Source of the DNA: Spongospora subterranea f. sp. subterranea
Taxonomy: Eukaryota
Direction of reading: 5' to 3'
Assembly (NCBI GenBank): GCA_049724395.1
Contig: JAUGWO010000046.1
Location: 124,001-188,000, forward strand
Length of the DNA: 64,000 bases
Below, one piece after another: positions 62,351-64,000 of this stretch. The notes under the pieces are model-generated. The model searched no databases and was not told where the DNA came from. It saw nothing but the letters and a program-made list of their open reading frames with translations. The position numbers and the translations under genes were made by a program. The stretch's first letter is position 1. Every line of letters begins with the position of its first letter.

Positions 62351-63931
62351 TCAGCCGTTATAGCCTTTATGGCCGGTTCGTGGCGGTTTCTGTCTAACCC
62401 ATAGGTCAGTCTTAACCCCAGCCGTTATCGGATAATCCTGGCGGAAATCCCCATCGACATCATCATCGCGCTGCGATTCCCTGACCGGGACCCGATCGTG
62501 TCCTTTAGGATCGCCTCTATTGCCATCACCATACGTTAATCGCTGGAACGGTAGCGCCATCGGATCAGGTCGTGGCGCCATATCCTCAAATAGCTCATCG
62601 CCATCGGTAAATGACGGATCCGAGTTCCTTCTGATCCCCGGTAGGCGATGCCGATCCAATATCGGCTGCGGTCGGCTATCGATCTTGTAGCGAACCTTGG
62701 TCGTCGCCCGACGATGACGGCGCAATCGTCCATGGGGATCTATCGCCATCGAGTAGTGGGACGTTCGCAGATCGTGGAAATCCTTCTTCTTCTTCGGCTC
62801 CTTCGACAGCGATGATGCGATGGCGCGGCTCGAGCCGGTGGCGATAATCGGCCGATCATCAGGCCTGTCATCCAGATAGACAGGAACCGACTGCTCGAAA
62901 TCGCGCCGATCGCCTTTGAACACATTCTCTGGTGAATCCACCCTTAGTCCATATTCCTCGTCTCTGAAAATCGCCACCACAATCGACGGTCAATACCTGA
63001 TAAACTCAACCTGGATGGAATTGCGGAAATCCTACCGAAATCGTTGCTCTCTTGCCTGCTCGTGCAGCTTCCTTCTGGCTCGGGCATAGAACGCCCCGGC
63101 CATAGCCAGAATGGCGAACAGGATGGCGAAGACGATGGCGTAAACAATAGCGGTCTGATCAGTACCCGATGATGGTGTAGACTGTTCAGGTGTCGTATAT
63201 GATGAATATGGGTCGATATTCAGGCAATCTGGCAACGATATATAGTGGTATGGGGTACCGGACAGATTCAACGCTAGCGCCAGCATTGGAGTCCGCCCCG
63301 GTCCCATCCCATTCAATATGCGTTTACCGTTCTGGATCAGAACAATGAACGACCCGTTCCGCCGATCGACACCCCCGTCGTCGATCACCGGTGTTCTCGC
63401 TGGTAATCCCAGTTCCTGACGATATAGCGCCATCAGGTCGGCATCGGACACGTCGGTGTTCCAGTCGGCGAAATCGTAGTTCCACAGCGCGACGATCTGA
63501 GACGCTTTCCGGGCGTCGTCGACTTGATTGGCGACGCTGGTGAGATCGGGAGGGCGTCTGAGAACGGGATGATATCCGATCACCTTGATCAGCTGCTGTT
63601 GGCAATAGACCTGATCAACGGATTGAGCTCGGCAAGCGATCGTGTGCCCGTTGGCGATCATCTGTCGCAACATCTGCTGTCGCGAATCGCTCGTCACGAA
63701 CTGACTCGACTCCACGAAAAACGTCGCTGAGACGTTGAACGACTGCAATATGGAGAGGATCTGGGGTGTCCATTCGTTAGGACCACCGTCAACGGTCAAG
63801 GAGATCACACGATCGGTTGAACGGCCGTTGGCGCAATCGTAGGCCGGTTCGAGGGCCGATTGGTCAGCGGTGATGGCGATGATGGTGGCGGTGATTACGA
63901 TCCCGATGGCGATCGTGTCCCTGACGATCAT
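62351..63931 (-). CDS. CE4/NodB polysaccharide (chitin) deacetylase-like type I membrane protein, probably inactive
   Basis: Signal peptide; ISLTVDGGP, VSATFFV, MIANGHTI, RRPP, DFADW, IVLIQ; TM AIVYAIVFAILFAILAMAGAFY; one intron ~63035-62964; ~230-aa charged cytoplasmic tail. Confidence 0.85.
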
Positions 63932-64000
63932 GAGGTATTATATCGTGGGGGTGCCGCGGTGGCGATCCTCTTGGGGGATGGCGATAGGGAATATGGGTTG

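Noticed and set aside
62080..62397. ORF-track proteins 62137-62397 (+) and 62080-62289 (-)
   Set aside because: Wrong-frame and antisense shadows of the spliced His-rich gene.

Overview
Eukaryotic nuclear DNA, gene-dense and intron-rich (mostly ~45-70 nt GT-AG introns). Flagellar/centriolar genes (KIF9-like, IQCH-like, CCDC77-like, TRIM37-like) and a chitin-deacetylase-family gene suggest a zoosporic, chitin-walled protist such as a plasmodiophorid; this taxon call is an inference. About 20 host genes can be supported, including an Oca-type phosphatase, Romo1/Mgr2, a large coiled-coil protein, an SH3-containing PRMT2-like methyltransferase, AMP deaminase, a VOA1/Ac45-like protein, an SLC25A38-like carrier, a Cof-type HAD hydrolase, PGK and REV1. 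Between them lie islands of decayed transposons (IS630/Tc1-like, Penelope-like, two nested chromodomain Ty3/Gypsy elements with LTR and PPT, Copia, MULE, Harbinger, and a TA-flanked TIR element carrying a Ulp1 fragment). Most notable: (i) two independent fold-back hairpins of near-identical geometry inside DNA-transposon relics; (ii) stacked TA-CNG-TA motifs resembling Tc1/mariner excision footprints upstream of genes; (iii) a spliced secreted His/Asp-rich miniprotein missed by the ORF track, tail-to-tail with a receptor-like CE4 protein lacking its metal ligands; (iv) a 63-bp tandem array next to an unidentified decayed reading frame. Several 1-nt frameshifts in conserved genes suggest residual assembly indels. 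Gene boundaries were assembled by eye and are approximate.
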